This document shows positions 37,647-49,541 of a stretch of DNA of 64,000 bases, piece by piece; the first letter of the stretch is position 1; each line of letters opens with the position of its first letter. Below the pieces are notes generated by a model. That model did not search any database, was not told the DNA's origin, and saw only the letters and a program-made list of their open reading frames with translations. Made by a program: the position numbers and the translations under genes. The DNA is from Squalus acanthias (Eukaryota), in assembly GCA_030390025.1 (NCBI GenBank), contig CM059431.1:99450001-99514000 (forward strand). The letters are read 5' to 3'.

Positions 37647-39325
37647 TCATAGAAGCATAGAATGGTTACAGCACGGAAGAAGGCCATTCGACCCGTCGAG
37701 CCCGTGCCGGCTCTCTGCAAGAATATTTCGGCTAGTTCCACTCCCCCGCCCTTTCCCCGTAGCCCTGCAAATTTCTTTCCTTTGGGTACTTATCCAACTC
37801 CCTTTTGAAAGCCATGATTGAATCTGCCTCCACCAACCTTTCAGGCAGTGCATTCCAGATCCTAACCACTCGCTGCATAAAAAAGATTTTTCTTACATCG
37901 CCTTTGGTTCTTCTGCCAATCACCTTAAATCTGTGTCCTCTGGTTCTCAACCCTTTTGCCAATGGGAACAGTTTCTCTCTATCTACTCTGTCCAGACCCC
38001 TCATGATTTTGAACATCTCCATCAAATCTCCTCTCAATCTTCTCTGGTCCAAGGAGAACAACCCCAGCATCTCCAGTCTATCCATGTAACTGAAGTCCCT
38101 CATTCCTGGAATCATTCTCGTAAATCTTTTCTGCACCCTCTCTAAGGCCGTCACATCCTTCCTAAAGTGTGGTGCCCAGAATTGGACACAGTACTCCAGT
38201 TGGGGCTGAACCAGTGTTTTATACAGGTTCATCATAATTTCCACACTTTTGTACTCTATGCCTCTATTCATGAAGTCCAGGATCCCGTAAGCCTTTTTAA
38301 CTGCTTTCTCAACCTGCCCTGCCACCTTCAACGATTTATGCACACAGGTCTCTCTGTTCGTGCACCCCCTTCAGGATTGTACCATTTAGTTTATAAGGGG
38401 GAAAAATTGAGTCGCGCCCCTTTGGGGCACTAATTAACGTCCCCGCGGCCGAAATTCATTGGTAGCGCCCCAAGAGGGAAGCGAGGGAATATCGCGGCGT
38501 GGCGCACCGCGGTACTGCAGGCCTTCCTCCCCTTATTAAAGGGGAGGGGCCTAGCGCAGCACGACCCGGGGCCCAGCTGGGCCACCAGGGATCGGAGTGC
38601 CGGCAAAAGAGCCCGGCACTCAAGAGAAGTGCCGGGCTCACAGAGCGCAGCCGGCACTCCGCGGGGGGCTGCTCAGGAGGCCGGGGACGGCAGAGGGGGC
38701 AGGAGCTGGCAGGCGGCCATCAACAAAAATGGCCGCCCAGCACCTCGCCGTTAATTAGCGCCGCCCCGGCCGCAGGTAGGACCCCCTGACCCCATCTGAC
38801 ATAGCGTCCGGCGCTAAGTCAGGGGGCGCTATGGAAGATCACGGCCGGGGCACGAGCGGGGTGCTGCGCATGGCAATGATGTCATCGCCAGCGGCGCAGC
38901 GCCACAGGGCGCTAACGGTTACCGCCGCCGCTAACCTCCTGCTGAATTTCACGGGAGGCGTTAGCGGCGCCGCGCCCGGGCGCTAGTTGCTTTGCGTCCC
39001 GTTAGCTAACAGGGGGCAAAGCAATCGAATTCTTAAGCCTAATTGTCCTCTCCTCAATCTTTCTACCAAAATGTATCACTTCACACTTTTCTGTGTTAAA
39101 TTTCATCTTCCACGTGTCTGCCCATTCCACCAGCCTGTCTATGTCCATCACTCTCCTCCTCACTGTTCACTATACTTCCAAATTTTGTGTCATCTGCAAA
39201 TTTTGCAATTGTGCCCTGTACACCCACGTCCAAGTCATTAATGTATATCAAGAAAAGCAGTGGTCCTAGAACTGACCCCGGGTAACACCACTTCCTCCAG
39301 TCCGAAAAACAACCATTCACCACTA
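37647..39325 (-). mobile_element. CR1 RT/3' fragment interrupted by a MITE
   Basis: ORF 37732-38343 (LVQPQLEYCVQFWAPH) and ORF 39096-39323 (GSVLGP, KFADD). Confidence 0.88.
38397..39033. mobile_element. GC-rich Harbinger-type MITE (inverted relative of 26378-27037)
   Basis: Starts taa|gggggaaaaattgagt; shares blocks such as tggtagcgcccc and gttagcggcgccgcgccc; right TIR eroded. Confidence 0.7.
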
Positions 39326-39327
39326 CT

Positions 39328-40980
39328 TAGAACATAAGAAATAGGAGCAGGAGTAGGCCATTTGGCCCTTCGAGCCTGCTCCGCCATTCAATCAGATCAT
39401 GCCTGATCCTCTATCTCATCTCCACTTTCCTGCACTATCCCCATATCCCTTGATTCCCTTAACATTCAAAAATCTATCGATCTCTATCTTGAATATACTC
39501 AACGACTGAGCCTCCACAGCCCTCTGGGGCAGAGAATTCCAAAGATTCACAACCCTCTGAGTGAAGAAATTTCTCCTCAACTCAGTCCTAAATGGCCGAC
39601 CCCTTATTCTGAGACTGTGACCCCTGGTTCTAGACTCCCCAGCCAGGGAAAACATCCTGCATCTACCCTGTCAAGCCCTGTAAGAATTTTGTATGTTTCA
39701 ATGAGATCACCTCTCATTCTTCTAAACTCTAGAGAATGTATAGGCCTAGTTTACTCAATCTCTCCTCATAGGACAATCCCCTCATCCCAGGAACCAGTCT
39801 GGGGAACCTTCGTTGCACTCCCTCTATGGCAAGTATATCCTTCCTTAGGTAAGGAGACCAAAACTGCACACAGTACTCCAGGTATGGTCCCGCCAGGGCC
39901 CTATATAATTGCAGTAAGACATCTTTACTCTTATACTCAAATCCTCTTGTAATAAAGGCCAACATACCATTTGCTTTCCTAATTGCTTGCTGTACTTGCA
40001 TGTTAACTTTCAGTGATTTGTGTACAAGGACACCCAGGTCCCTCTGAACATCAACATTTCCCAATCTCTCAGCATTTAAAAAATACTCTGCTTTTCTATT
40101 TTTCCTACCAAAGTGGATAACTTCACATTTCTCCACATGATATTCCATTTGCCATGTTCTTGCCCACTCACTTAGCCTGTCTATATCCCCTTGAAGCCTC
40201 TTTGCATCCTCCTCACAACTTACATTCCCACCCAGCTTTGTATCATCAGCAAACTTGGATATGTTACATTTGGTCCCCTCATCCAAATCATTGATGTAGA
40301 TTGTGAATAGCTGAGGCCCAAGCACTGATCCTTGCAGTACCCCACTAGTTACAGCCTGCCAACCCAAAAATGACCCGTTTATTCCTACTCTCTGTTTTCT
40401 GTCTGTTAACCAATCCTCAGTCCATGCTAGTATATTACCCCCAATCCCATGAGCCCTAATTTTGTTTAATAACCTCTTGTGTGGCACCTTATCGAATGGC
40501 TTCTGAAAATCCAAATACACCACATCCACTGGTTTCCCCTTATCTATTCTGCTAGTTACAACCTCAAAAAACTCTAACAGATTTGTCAAACACGATTTCT
40601 CTTTCATAAATCCGTGTTGACTCTGCCCAATCCTATTATTATTTTCTAAGTGCCCTGTTACCAGATCCTTAATAATAGATTCTAGCATAATAATAGATCC
40701 TGTATTCTCTCTTAGTTTGACCCCCCTAATACCTTACTATTTCTTACTTTAGTGCTCTCTGCCTCTCCCAATCCTTTGAGCACTTTATTTCTCCTTTCTA
40801 ATGTTACATCCTGGAGCCCAACCCCCTGCCAAATTAGTTTAAACCCTCCCCAACAGCACTAGCAAACCTCCCCGCGAGGATATTGATTCCGGCCCTGTTG
40901 AGGTGCAACCCGTCCAGCCTGTGTAGGTCCCACCTCCCCCAGAACCGGTCTCAATGCCCCAGGAATCTAAAGCCCTCCTC
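39328..40980 (-). mobile_element. CR1 RT region plus ORF1-end remnant (internal deletion)
   Basis: 319-aa RT ORF 39729-40688, very similar to 28600-29480; 40830-40980 resembles the ORF1 end. Confidence 0.9.
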
Positions 40981-41496
40981 ACCTTCCGAAGTAACTTGAG
41001 TTCTGTGAGATTCTACACCACCACCGGATGTCCTGTGGGTTTCTACATCCCTCCATAGTTACTTGCCCCAGTCAGCTTCTTTCCATTGCCCCCATGACAT
41101 CTCCCCTTCCTCTACCTTACTTTCCTCCAACAGCACTGCCATTGCATCCTCTGAGATCCTGGTGGCTGTACGCCCTCCTGCACATTCGCCAGACATTCCA
41201 TCTTCCCTCAACGTCCCTTTCCTCAGCCAAAGTGATTCTGACGATGCGTGAGGCTTTCAGCTGTTGGCGGCCTTTAAATCCTGCAGCATCCGGCCATCAG
41301 TCATCCCATAATTGACCAGCTCCTGGCGATCGCCCGATTGTGCCCGAAGATTCTAATGAGGCTGAATCCAGAAATTACAGGGTCAGCGTTCCTGAGATTG
41401 GACCAGTGAGAATTTGGCTCCGGACTCCATTTCCATTTGGGCTCACATCTGCTCAGAAAATCTGGCAGTACTTGACCGTTTATTTTCCTGGTACGT

Positions 41497-41895
41497 ACAG
41501 AAGATTAAGAGGTGATCTAATCGAGGTATTTAAGGTGATTAAAGGATTCAATAGGGTAGAGAGAGAGAAACTATTTCCTCTGGTGGGGGGAGTCCAGAAC
41601 AAGGGGCCATCACCTTAAAATTAGAGCCAGGCCGTTCAGGGGTGATGTCAGGAAACACTTCTTCACACAAAGGGTGGTGGAAATCTGGAACTCTCTCCCC
41701 CAAAAAGCTGTTGAGGCTGGGAGACAATTGAAAATTTCAAAACTGAGATTGATAGATTTGTGTTGGGTAAGGGTATTAAGAGTTACGGAACCAAGGCGTG
41801 TAGATGGAGATAAGATACAGATCAGCCATGTTCTAATTGAATGGCAGAACAGGCTCGAGGGGCTGAATGGCCTCCTCCTGTTCCTGTGTTCCTAC
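41497..41895 (+). mobile_element. CR1 3' fragment
   Basis: YRRLRGDLIEVFKVIKG; same subfamily as 24700-25155. Confidence 0.88.
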
Positions 41896-42782
41896 GTCAC
41901 TGAGGTCCTTGTATTAACCCCGGTTAACTAAATTAACCCAAGATTCTGCACAGCAAGAGGCTTGCATGGGATAAGATATTCTGTAGTTTTTCAAATTAGT
42001 CATATTTACACCACAAATGTGTATCACATCCACACTCTATTAATGCACTGAGCATATTCTCTTGCACAGGAGATCACAGGTACCAGCAAGTACTTGGGAA
42101 AAACTAATTTCACACCTTTGCATAAAATACTTTTTGACAACTTTGCCAGAAATGAAATTGGACTCCTGATTGCGTGTTGAGCCTGTCGAAGTTTGTTCTG
42201 TTTTGAGATCACTGAACTTTAGACTTGGAATATAATTTCAAAAACTGCCCCTGTCACAGTAAAAACAAACTGCAGAAGTTGATGATTGTGGGGAAATTTC
42301 TAGAGTCGAGTGGTATTTCTTAAGACAGTACTGTTTTGTAGAACCTTTTTTTGGTTTCACATGTAAAAGGTTCACACTATGCTGTACAAACAAAAAGTAA
42401 AATATAGCAGAAGTGAGGGGGGGCGTACCGGAAAAAATGACGGGAAGAAATATTTATTTAGCTGCAATTTTCTCCCAATTCAAAGTTGGTAGGGGATATC
42501 CTCGCATTACAGTCAACAGATGTCCTCAAGGAGTTCGTAAATGTTCTTAAAAATTATTCTTGATACCAAGCGTAGCAAATGCCATCAAATGCCATCCTTT
42601 TAATATTGATTTCAGCCAGTGTGCAACAGTGTCTATGTCCTGGTTCAAGTATTGAGCCATCAGCATATAAGAAACAAAGACCTCCATTTCTACAGCATCT
42701 TTCACAACCTCAGGACATCCCAAAGTGCTTTACAGCCCTTTCTCCGCTGCATCTTTTATGCCAAGTAAGTAACCTCAGCCGT

Positions 42783-44108
42783 TGTGAAGGAATAAGCAAA
42801 TATACCTATTCAGAAAAATACACCATTCTATGAAAGAATTCTGGCTTTATTAAAACATGACAAACTGGGTTTGGAAATCTAAAAACCTAACAATGGAGAA
42901 GCTGTATTGTTAACAGCATTCTGGCTATGGGGATGGGATGGTTGTTGACACTGAATCAATAACCTTATTGAAACAGGAGGTTGGAGGCTCCTGACGTCTG
43001 AATCTTTGGAAAAAAGACAATGGTACACCCTGTTAAGGTGTTCTAAATTACACTTCGGAAAGAAACACATAAAATTAAGAAACATATGCCTTCGTAAAAA
43101 TGACATCAAGTAAAAGAAACACCTGCCGTCACATCGTTTTTATGTTAAACTTAGAACACCTACGGAGGAGAGACATGAGTCTGTGTTACAACCAGCTGAG
43201 GTGACTTAAGAATTGCATAGATCACCCTGGTTGAGGTGTTCTAATTTACACTTCGTAAAGAGACACAAACAGAAGGCCTTGGTAGAGATGACATCAAGTG
43301 AAATGCACCTGCAGTTACACTGTTTTTTATGGTGAGCTTCGAACACCTAGGGTAGAGACATAATTCTTAATGCTACCAGCTGATCTGACTGTAAGAATAG
43401 CAGGGGTCCGCAGAAAAATTACTAGAGATAATTAGCTTACATCAGCAGAAAACTTCAAAGGAAATACCACTGAAAAAGGATATAAACATTGAACTTTCAA
43501 ATTGGATGATAGTCTCGCTGTAAAGGGGCAAAAGCGATTCTCGACTTCAGAGGCAGGCTCTGTAAGTCTACAACTCTTTGTATCTCGGGGATCAACGGTA
43601 CTGTATTTGATTTTGGTGGATTTCCTGGAATAAGACTAAGAACTGTAAAACTGTAGCGAAGTTAAGATCTGATAATAAGAATTGTAAGCTTACTCTTTTT
43701 TGGAACTGTTAATGTTGCGATTGAAACACCTACTGTAATTACATGTCGGTTCTTTAATAAATCTATATATTTTTAGAATTGTCTCACATAATACTTCTGT
43801 ATCAAACTCGCAAACTCAATCTCTGTACACTCTTTGGTGAGGAGTTGCAGAATTCTGGGGGAGTTTTCTGGACCCTCATAATATCCGGAATGTTACAGTC
43901 TAGTTAAACTTATTAAAAGTGCTATCTGGAGGACGGTAACATTTTCAGGCTGTTCCTTTCCTTTAGGGAGAGATAGTCTGGACCTTTAGACCCAATAAAG
44001 CGTCTTTAGGATTCGGCTACCTCTAACTTTAGTTGAAAGTGAACATCTGAGGAATACGCCTGATCCGGGGTAGCCCTAAAGGGGCTAGGACTAGTAAATA
44101 TCCCTTCA
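42783..44108 (+). mobile_element. Long solo LTR (1326 bp)
   Basis: tg...ca ends; tgaaggaata / tatcccttca inverted repeat; 4-bp TSD ccgt (42779-42782 and 44109-44112); ~190-bp U3 direct repeat; TATAAA at 43481 and AATAAA at 43756. Confidence 0.85.
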
Positions 44109-44505
44109 CCGTAAGTTTTCTGTTTTCTCTCTTGACTTGTGTAGAAATGATTCAGTTTAGTTTGTTTTCACCACATGTTGATAAAGAGTAAAACAAACAG
44201 TGTGCTGTGACAGGCACAGCATGGAGTTAAAAACAATGTTCAGTCGTGAAATGCAGACTGTTCATTGAACAGCATTGAAGGGAATCTTGCTGCACCATAA
44301 TTAGCATCTAAACAAATAGATCTGTGCATTAATAGCACATCAGGTACATTCGAACAAGCCTCATTCGGGTCTGCTGTTTCATCTGTATTGCTGATGCCGC
44401 AGTTAAATATTGGTACAGTATTCTGTTCACAACGCTTCCTACTACAATACAAATCTAGGATGGCCAAGTATTGAAGTTGCAGTGGTAGAGCACAAGTAAA
44501 GTTCA

Positions 44506-45892
44506 TCTATCCTAACTCGCACCAAGTCCCGTTCACCCATCACCCCCCCTGTGCTCGCTGACCTACATTGGCTCCCGGTCCGGCATTGCCTCGATTTTAA
44601 AATTCTCATTGTTTTTTTCAAATCTCTCCATGACCTCGCCCCTCCCTATCTCTGTAACCTCCTCTAGCCCCACAACACTCCGAGATCTCTGAGCTCCTCT
44701 AATTCTGGCCTCTTGCGCATCCCCTGATTTCCATTGCCCCACCGTGGGAAGGGGTGTTGGGGGTGAAAAAATACTTATGGATAGAAAGATTATATTGCCA
44801 TGGGTAGAATTTCATGAAGGTAAAGTAAAGAAAGAACTTGCCTTTCTACAGCGCCTTTCATGACCTCAGAACATCCGAAAGCACTTTACAGCCAATGAAG
44901 TACTTTTAAAAAATGTTGCCACTGTTGTAATATAGGGAAACGCGGCAGTCAATCTGCGCACAGCAAGGTTCCGCAAACGCAAATGTGCGGAGTGGCACAT
45001 CTATCTCGGAGTTGATAGCATCTCACACCGTTAAACAGTACCCCTTATTAGCTGAGGGCCATGAGACTTACTCTATGTTGTAAAGCAATACGTACAAAGT
45101 ACTTAATAACCTAGAATCTCGCTGCAACGCCGTGCATATCCCTGTTTGTATCACGTGATTGACGCCACATTTCCCTCGGGCTTTGGACGTGTATTCAATG
45201 GATCTGAAGCAGCAACTCAGTGACAATAATACCGCCAGGAATTCATGATTTCCACGAGCAACGATCCAAACAACTGACATGTGTAACTATCAGGCTAACA
45301 CAACTGAGGGATCACAATCTACAAGAGCGAAGCTTAAAGAAAACTCTTCGCTCTTGATGATCTGGTCATTATCACATTGCTGTTTGTGGGAGCTTGCTGT
45401 GCGCAAATTGGCTGCCACGTTTCCTATATTACAACAGTGACCACACTTCAGAAATACTTCATATATCCTTGTGAGAAAGATTAAGATCCAAATTGACAAC
45501 CTTACAGGTTGGTTAGAGGTACTCTGATCAAGGATATGATTCAACATATGCCAACAACAACAACAACAACTTGTATTTATATAGCGCCTTTAACGTAGTA
45601 AAACATCCCAAGGCGCTTCACAGAAGTATTGTAAAACAAAAAATTTGACACTGAACCACATAAGGAGAAATTCGGGCAGGTGACCAAAAGCTTGGTCAAA
45701 GAGGTGGGGTTTAAGGAGCGTCTTAAAGGAGGAGAGAGAGGTAGCGAGGCGGAGAGGGTTCGGGAGGGAATTCCAGAGCTTAGGCCCAGGCAGCTGAAGG
45801 CATGGCCACCAATGGTGGGGTGATTAAAATCGGGGACGCGCAAGAGGCCAGAATTAGAGGAGCGCAGAGACCGCAGGGGGTTATGGGGCTGG
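44506..45892. mobile_element. Cluster: L2 (+, 44506-44745), DeuSINE pieces (-, 44825-44985; +, 45357-45462), L2 (-, 45553-45892)
   Basis: Recognisable similarity to the other L2 and DeuSINE copies in the window. Confidence 0.75.
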
Positions 45893-46073
45893 GTTAATGG
45901 TGTAACAAATACAGGAATCTCTGTCCTGTTAGGTGTACATATGCTTAAAAATTGAGGTAATCCAGATCTAAGATGGATTTTACTTTTTAAGTTCTAAAAC
46001 GCCTGTTCAGAGATGCTTTATCTGATATACAGCGATTGAAACTTTGGATCCAAGTGTGAATTTAGGTTAGTGT

Positions 46074-46102
46074 GTGCTCGTTTTGGCAGCGAATACTACA
46101 AT
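46074..46102 (+). pseudogene. Possible degenerate U6 snRNA 5' fragment
   Basis: gtgctcgttttggcagcgaatactacaat versus the U6 5' end GTGCTCGCTTCGGCAGCACATATACTAAAAT (15/17 over the first 17 nt). Confidence 0.4.
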
Positions 46103-46252
46103 CCTTAGATCAACAAGAGAAAGAGAGAGACAGAAATAAAGAAAGTCATGACCTCAGGACGCCCCACAGTGCTTCACAACCAATGAAGTACTTTCCAGCT
46201 TGCATGTGATTATTGTCTCATTAACATTCAATAGAATTTTCATCAATATATT

Positions 46253-46920
46253 GGCCCGGAATTTGCAGTAGGTAATGGCGACGAACTCTCAGTGTTCACC
46301 GTCTTTACCCCTCTGAAACTGACCGCAACTTAAGGATTTAGCGCATGCGCATCTAAACGTGGAAATCCTGCTGTTGCGGTCAGTCATTCACTGCTCCGAC
46401 ACTGGCTGTGCTGTGGACCCCCCCTGACCCCCTATAGCCGGCAATCAGTGTAATCTGTGAAACTGATGAACACGTGGGATTTTCCGCGGTAATATCGCTG
46501 TTAAATACCCCATTAAATGTTAGAGCCTTGTTGGATTAGGTGTAACTGGGGATTAAACAGCGTATTGACTGCTAAACAAATGTTATGGCCCTGAAAACAT
46601 TTTTGTGGAGTGTCAAATTTCTCCATTATGATAAAAAATTACAATTTTAAAAAAACTTCTAAAGTCCCAATCTTTATTTCGCTCTCTGTAACATTTTTAA
46701 ACAGTCCGGATAAAAGCAGCTTCTCATTCCCCGCTTCCCTGTCTGTGAGCATTCAGCAATGCGATTGGCTGCTTAGGCAGCTTGTTGACGTCACAGCAGA
46801 TCACGTTAGGGATTCCCCATTATACTGCACCGCAATCACTTGCGCGTCGCAAAAGACAAACTTCCTTCGGGGGCCAGCGACGAACGCCTTTGCTTCACCG
46901 CTGGCCGCAAATTGCGAGCC
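46253..46920. mobile_element. Harbinger-type MITE
   Basis: TIR ggcccggaatttgc / gcaaattgcgagcc; TSD att/att. Confidence 0.75.
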
Positions 46921-47276
46921 ATTGTGATCTAACTTTATTAATAGAATAAAGTAAAGGTATTGAGATAATCTGTGCTATTGTCTTATCTTATCTCAATATA
47001 ATAATGTTGCTTCAATCATGGCGGATTGACAACTCTACGTTTGCAAGGATTAAGGCCATAAATTAAGCAGATCCTTCTGTGTTCAGTTCTATCTTTGAGT
47101 GAAAGACAATTCAACTAAAATAATTCCATTGGTAGCTGCCCAAGATGCTGTTTTGTTCCAAGAGACAGTAAGATATGTTGGAAAAGTAGCTTGTCCTTTA
47201 AATGAACCTTAGGACATTTCATTATGTGAATAGCACTAGATGAATGATCAAATTTTTAGACATGGGCCTCACTAGT

Positions 47277-47539
47277 GGCCCTGATTTTAACTCCAGGTGG
47301 ATTCCCCGTTCAGGCCTGAGTTAAAATTACAGTCGGGTCTCAATGATGTCATCGGGCCACAACACACACATGCAAAGAAGGACCCTGTTGGCTCCGGGCG
47401 CGTGTCCTTGCTGCCCGCTCAGGAGAGCCGGTTAAAAGTGTTGCGATCATGGTGGCTTTCGGACAGGTAAGAGCCAGGGGCGATTTTAATTGCCCACCCG
47501 CCAGGTTTCTGCTGAGCGAGTAGGCTTAAAATTGTCCCA
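47277..47539. mobile_element. Short Harbinger-type MITE
   Basis: Eroded TIR ggccctgattttaa / ttaaaattgtccc; internal atgatgtcatc. Confidence 0.5.
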
Positions 47540-47549
47540 TCATCTCTGT

Positions 47550-48095
47550 AAGAATCATAGAATCATACAGCATAGGAGGAGGCCATTCAGCCCATCATGC
47601 CTGTGCTGGCTCTTTGGTAGAGCTCTCCAATTAGTCCCACACTCCCTGCTCTTTCACCAGAGCCCTGCAAATTTCTCCTTTTCAAGTATTTCTCCAATTC
47701 CCTTTTTGAAAGTTACTATTGAATCTGCTTCCCCCACCCTTTCAGACAGCGCATTTCCAGGTAGAAAGCTCTCAGATCTCGGATTGGGGGAATCTAGAAC
47801 TAGGGGGCATAGTTTCAGGATAAGGGGTCGCCCATTTAAGACTGAGATGAGGAGGAATTTCTTCTTTCAGAGGGTCGTGAATCTTTGGAATTCTCTGCCC
47901 CACAGAGCTGTGGAGGTGGAGTCACTGAATATATTCAAGGTGGAGATTGACAGATATTTGAGTTACAGGGGAGTCAAGGGTTATGGGGAGCGGGCGGGAA
48001 AGTGGAGTTGAGGCAAAAATCAGATCAGCCATGATCTTATTGAATGGCGGAGCAGGCTCGAGGGGCCGAATGGCCGACTCCTGCTCCTAATCCTC
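47550..48095. mobile_element. Two CR1 3' ends in opposite orientation (-, 47550-47760; +, 47785-48095)
   Basis: CR1 tails and [38 protein letters not shown]. Confidence 0.85.
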
Positions 48096-48421
48096 ATGTA
48101 GGTTGTAAAGGATCTGATCAACTTACAGAAACTGTCGGGCTGATCGAAGGAGAAAGCGATGTTTTCAAAACTCAGGCTGTAACAGGTGATTTCTACTGAT
48201 GTTCATTCAGTTTTATTGTCATATCAGAAATGGATCCTGCACGAGGACTCACTGAAAAAACAGAAATAGAAAAGAATTCAGAGAGGTATTCAACTTAAGC
48301 ATAATTCTTTGCAACAAGTTTGATTTGTAAAAGAGGCTCCTTGGCAACGCTCCCAGTAAAGAGTGAAACTGTGTTAGTCTGGAAACTACTGTTGACAGAT
48401 ATCAGCGGGGAAATACTTAAT

Positions 48422-49541
48422 GGGACGAAATTTGCGGTCGGAGGCGCACCTTCGGAGCACGTCCCCGACCCGAAAAAGAAAATACGGGAGTACCTGGTTG
48501 GCTCCGGCGCTCCGGTGTCTTCGGGTCCCGGGCCTGCGGGCGCGCGCCTGCGTCAAGGCCCGTGGATCCCAGGGGCGCAGGCGGTTCGGGAACGTCTCTG
48601 GGATCATGTGGGCCCGGCCCAACCAATGAGAAAGGGGAATCCCCATCAGCTTATGAGGAATCCCCGAATAAATAAATAATGAACACAATTCTAATAAAGA
48701 TAAACATTCCCATGTTCAAAATTAATTAATAGCCCCTTTGATTAAGTATTTTAAATACGAACATACAAATTAGGAGCAGGAGTAGGCCACTCAGCCCCTC
48801 GAGCCTGCTCCACCATTCAATAAGATCATGGCTGATCCGATTACTCCATATTCCTGCCTACCCCCGATAACCTTTCGCCCCCTTGCTTATCCAGAATCTA
48901 TCTACCTCTGCCTTAAAAATATTCAAAGACTCTGCTTCCACCGCTCTCTGAGGAAGAGAGTTCCAAAGACTCGCGACCCTCTGTGAGAAAAAATTTCTCC
49001 TCATCTCTGTCTTAAATGGGCGACCTCTTATCTTTAAACAGTGACCCCTAGTTCTAGATTCTCGCACAAGAGGAAACATCCTCTCCACGTCCACCCTGTC
49101 CAGACCCCTCAGGATCAATCAACATACAAATTTAATTTTTTGAAAAATAATAAAAACATCTTTTTTATTCCGGTTCAAAATTTACATGAACTAATTTTAA
49201 ATGTTTTTGTATGTTTTGATCATTTAAACATTTTTAATTTAACATTTATTTGAACCCTTACGCTGATGAAAGCAGACCCTATGCCTGCTTTCATCAGGCG
49301 TAAGGGTTTTGTGGCCACTTGCTGGGCAGTAGTTGGGCAACTAGCCCAACCCTGCCCCAGCGAAAGTGTTTTTGGGGGGCACCCACGGAGGATTGTCAAG
49401 GAGAAACTTGACAGATCGCAAGTTCCGGTTTTCGCACTTGCACAGCGCACACGGAAACCCGGAACTTGCGGGGGCCATTCTGAGGGCTTATGGTGGCGTT
49501 CGCTGTGCGTAAGCTGGCCTTGGCCCCGCAAAATCTGGGCC
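48422..49541. mobile_element. Harbinger-type MITE with nested CR1 3' end (-, about 48757-49116)
   Basis: TIR gggacgaaatttgcgg / ccgcaaaatctgggcc; TSD aat/aat; aacatacaaatt on both sides of the CR1. Confidence 0.8.

Noticed and set aside
43026..43401. Hammerhead-containing retrozyme repeat in the long LTR
   Set aside because: I could not find a CUGANGA...GAAA core with flanking stems on either strand of the duplicated unit.
48102..48286. Two possible plus-strand exons (CKGSDQLTETVGLIEGESDVFKTQAVT and MDPARGLTEKTEIEKNSE)
   Set aside because: The implied intron is only about 43 nt, the first acceptor abuts a CR1 tail, and no protein is recognisable; it cannot be supported without RNA data.
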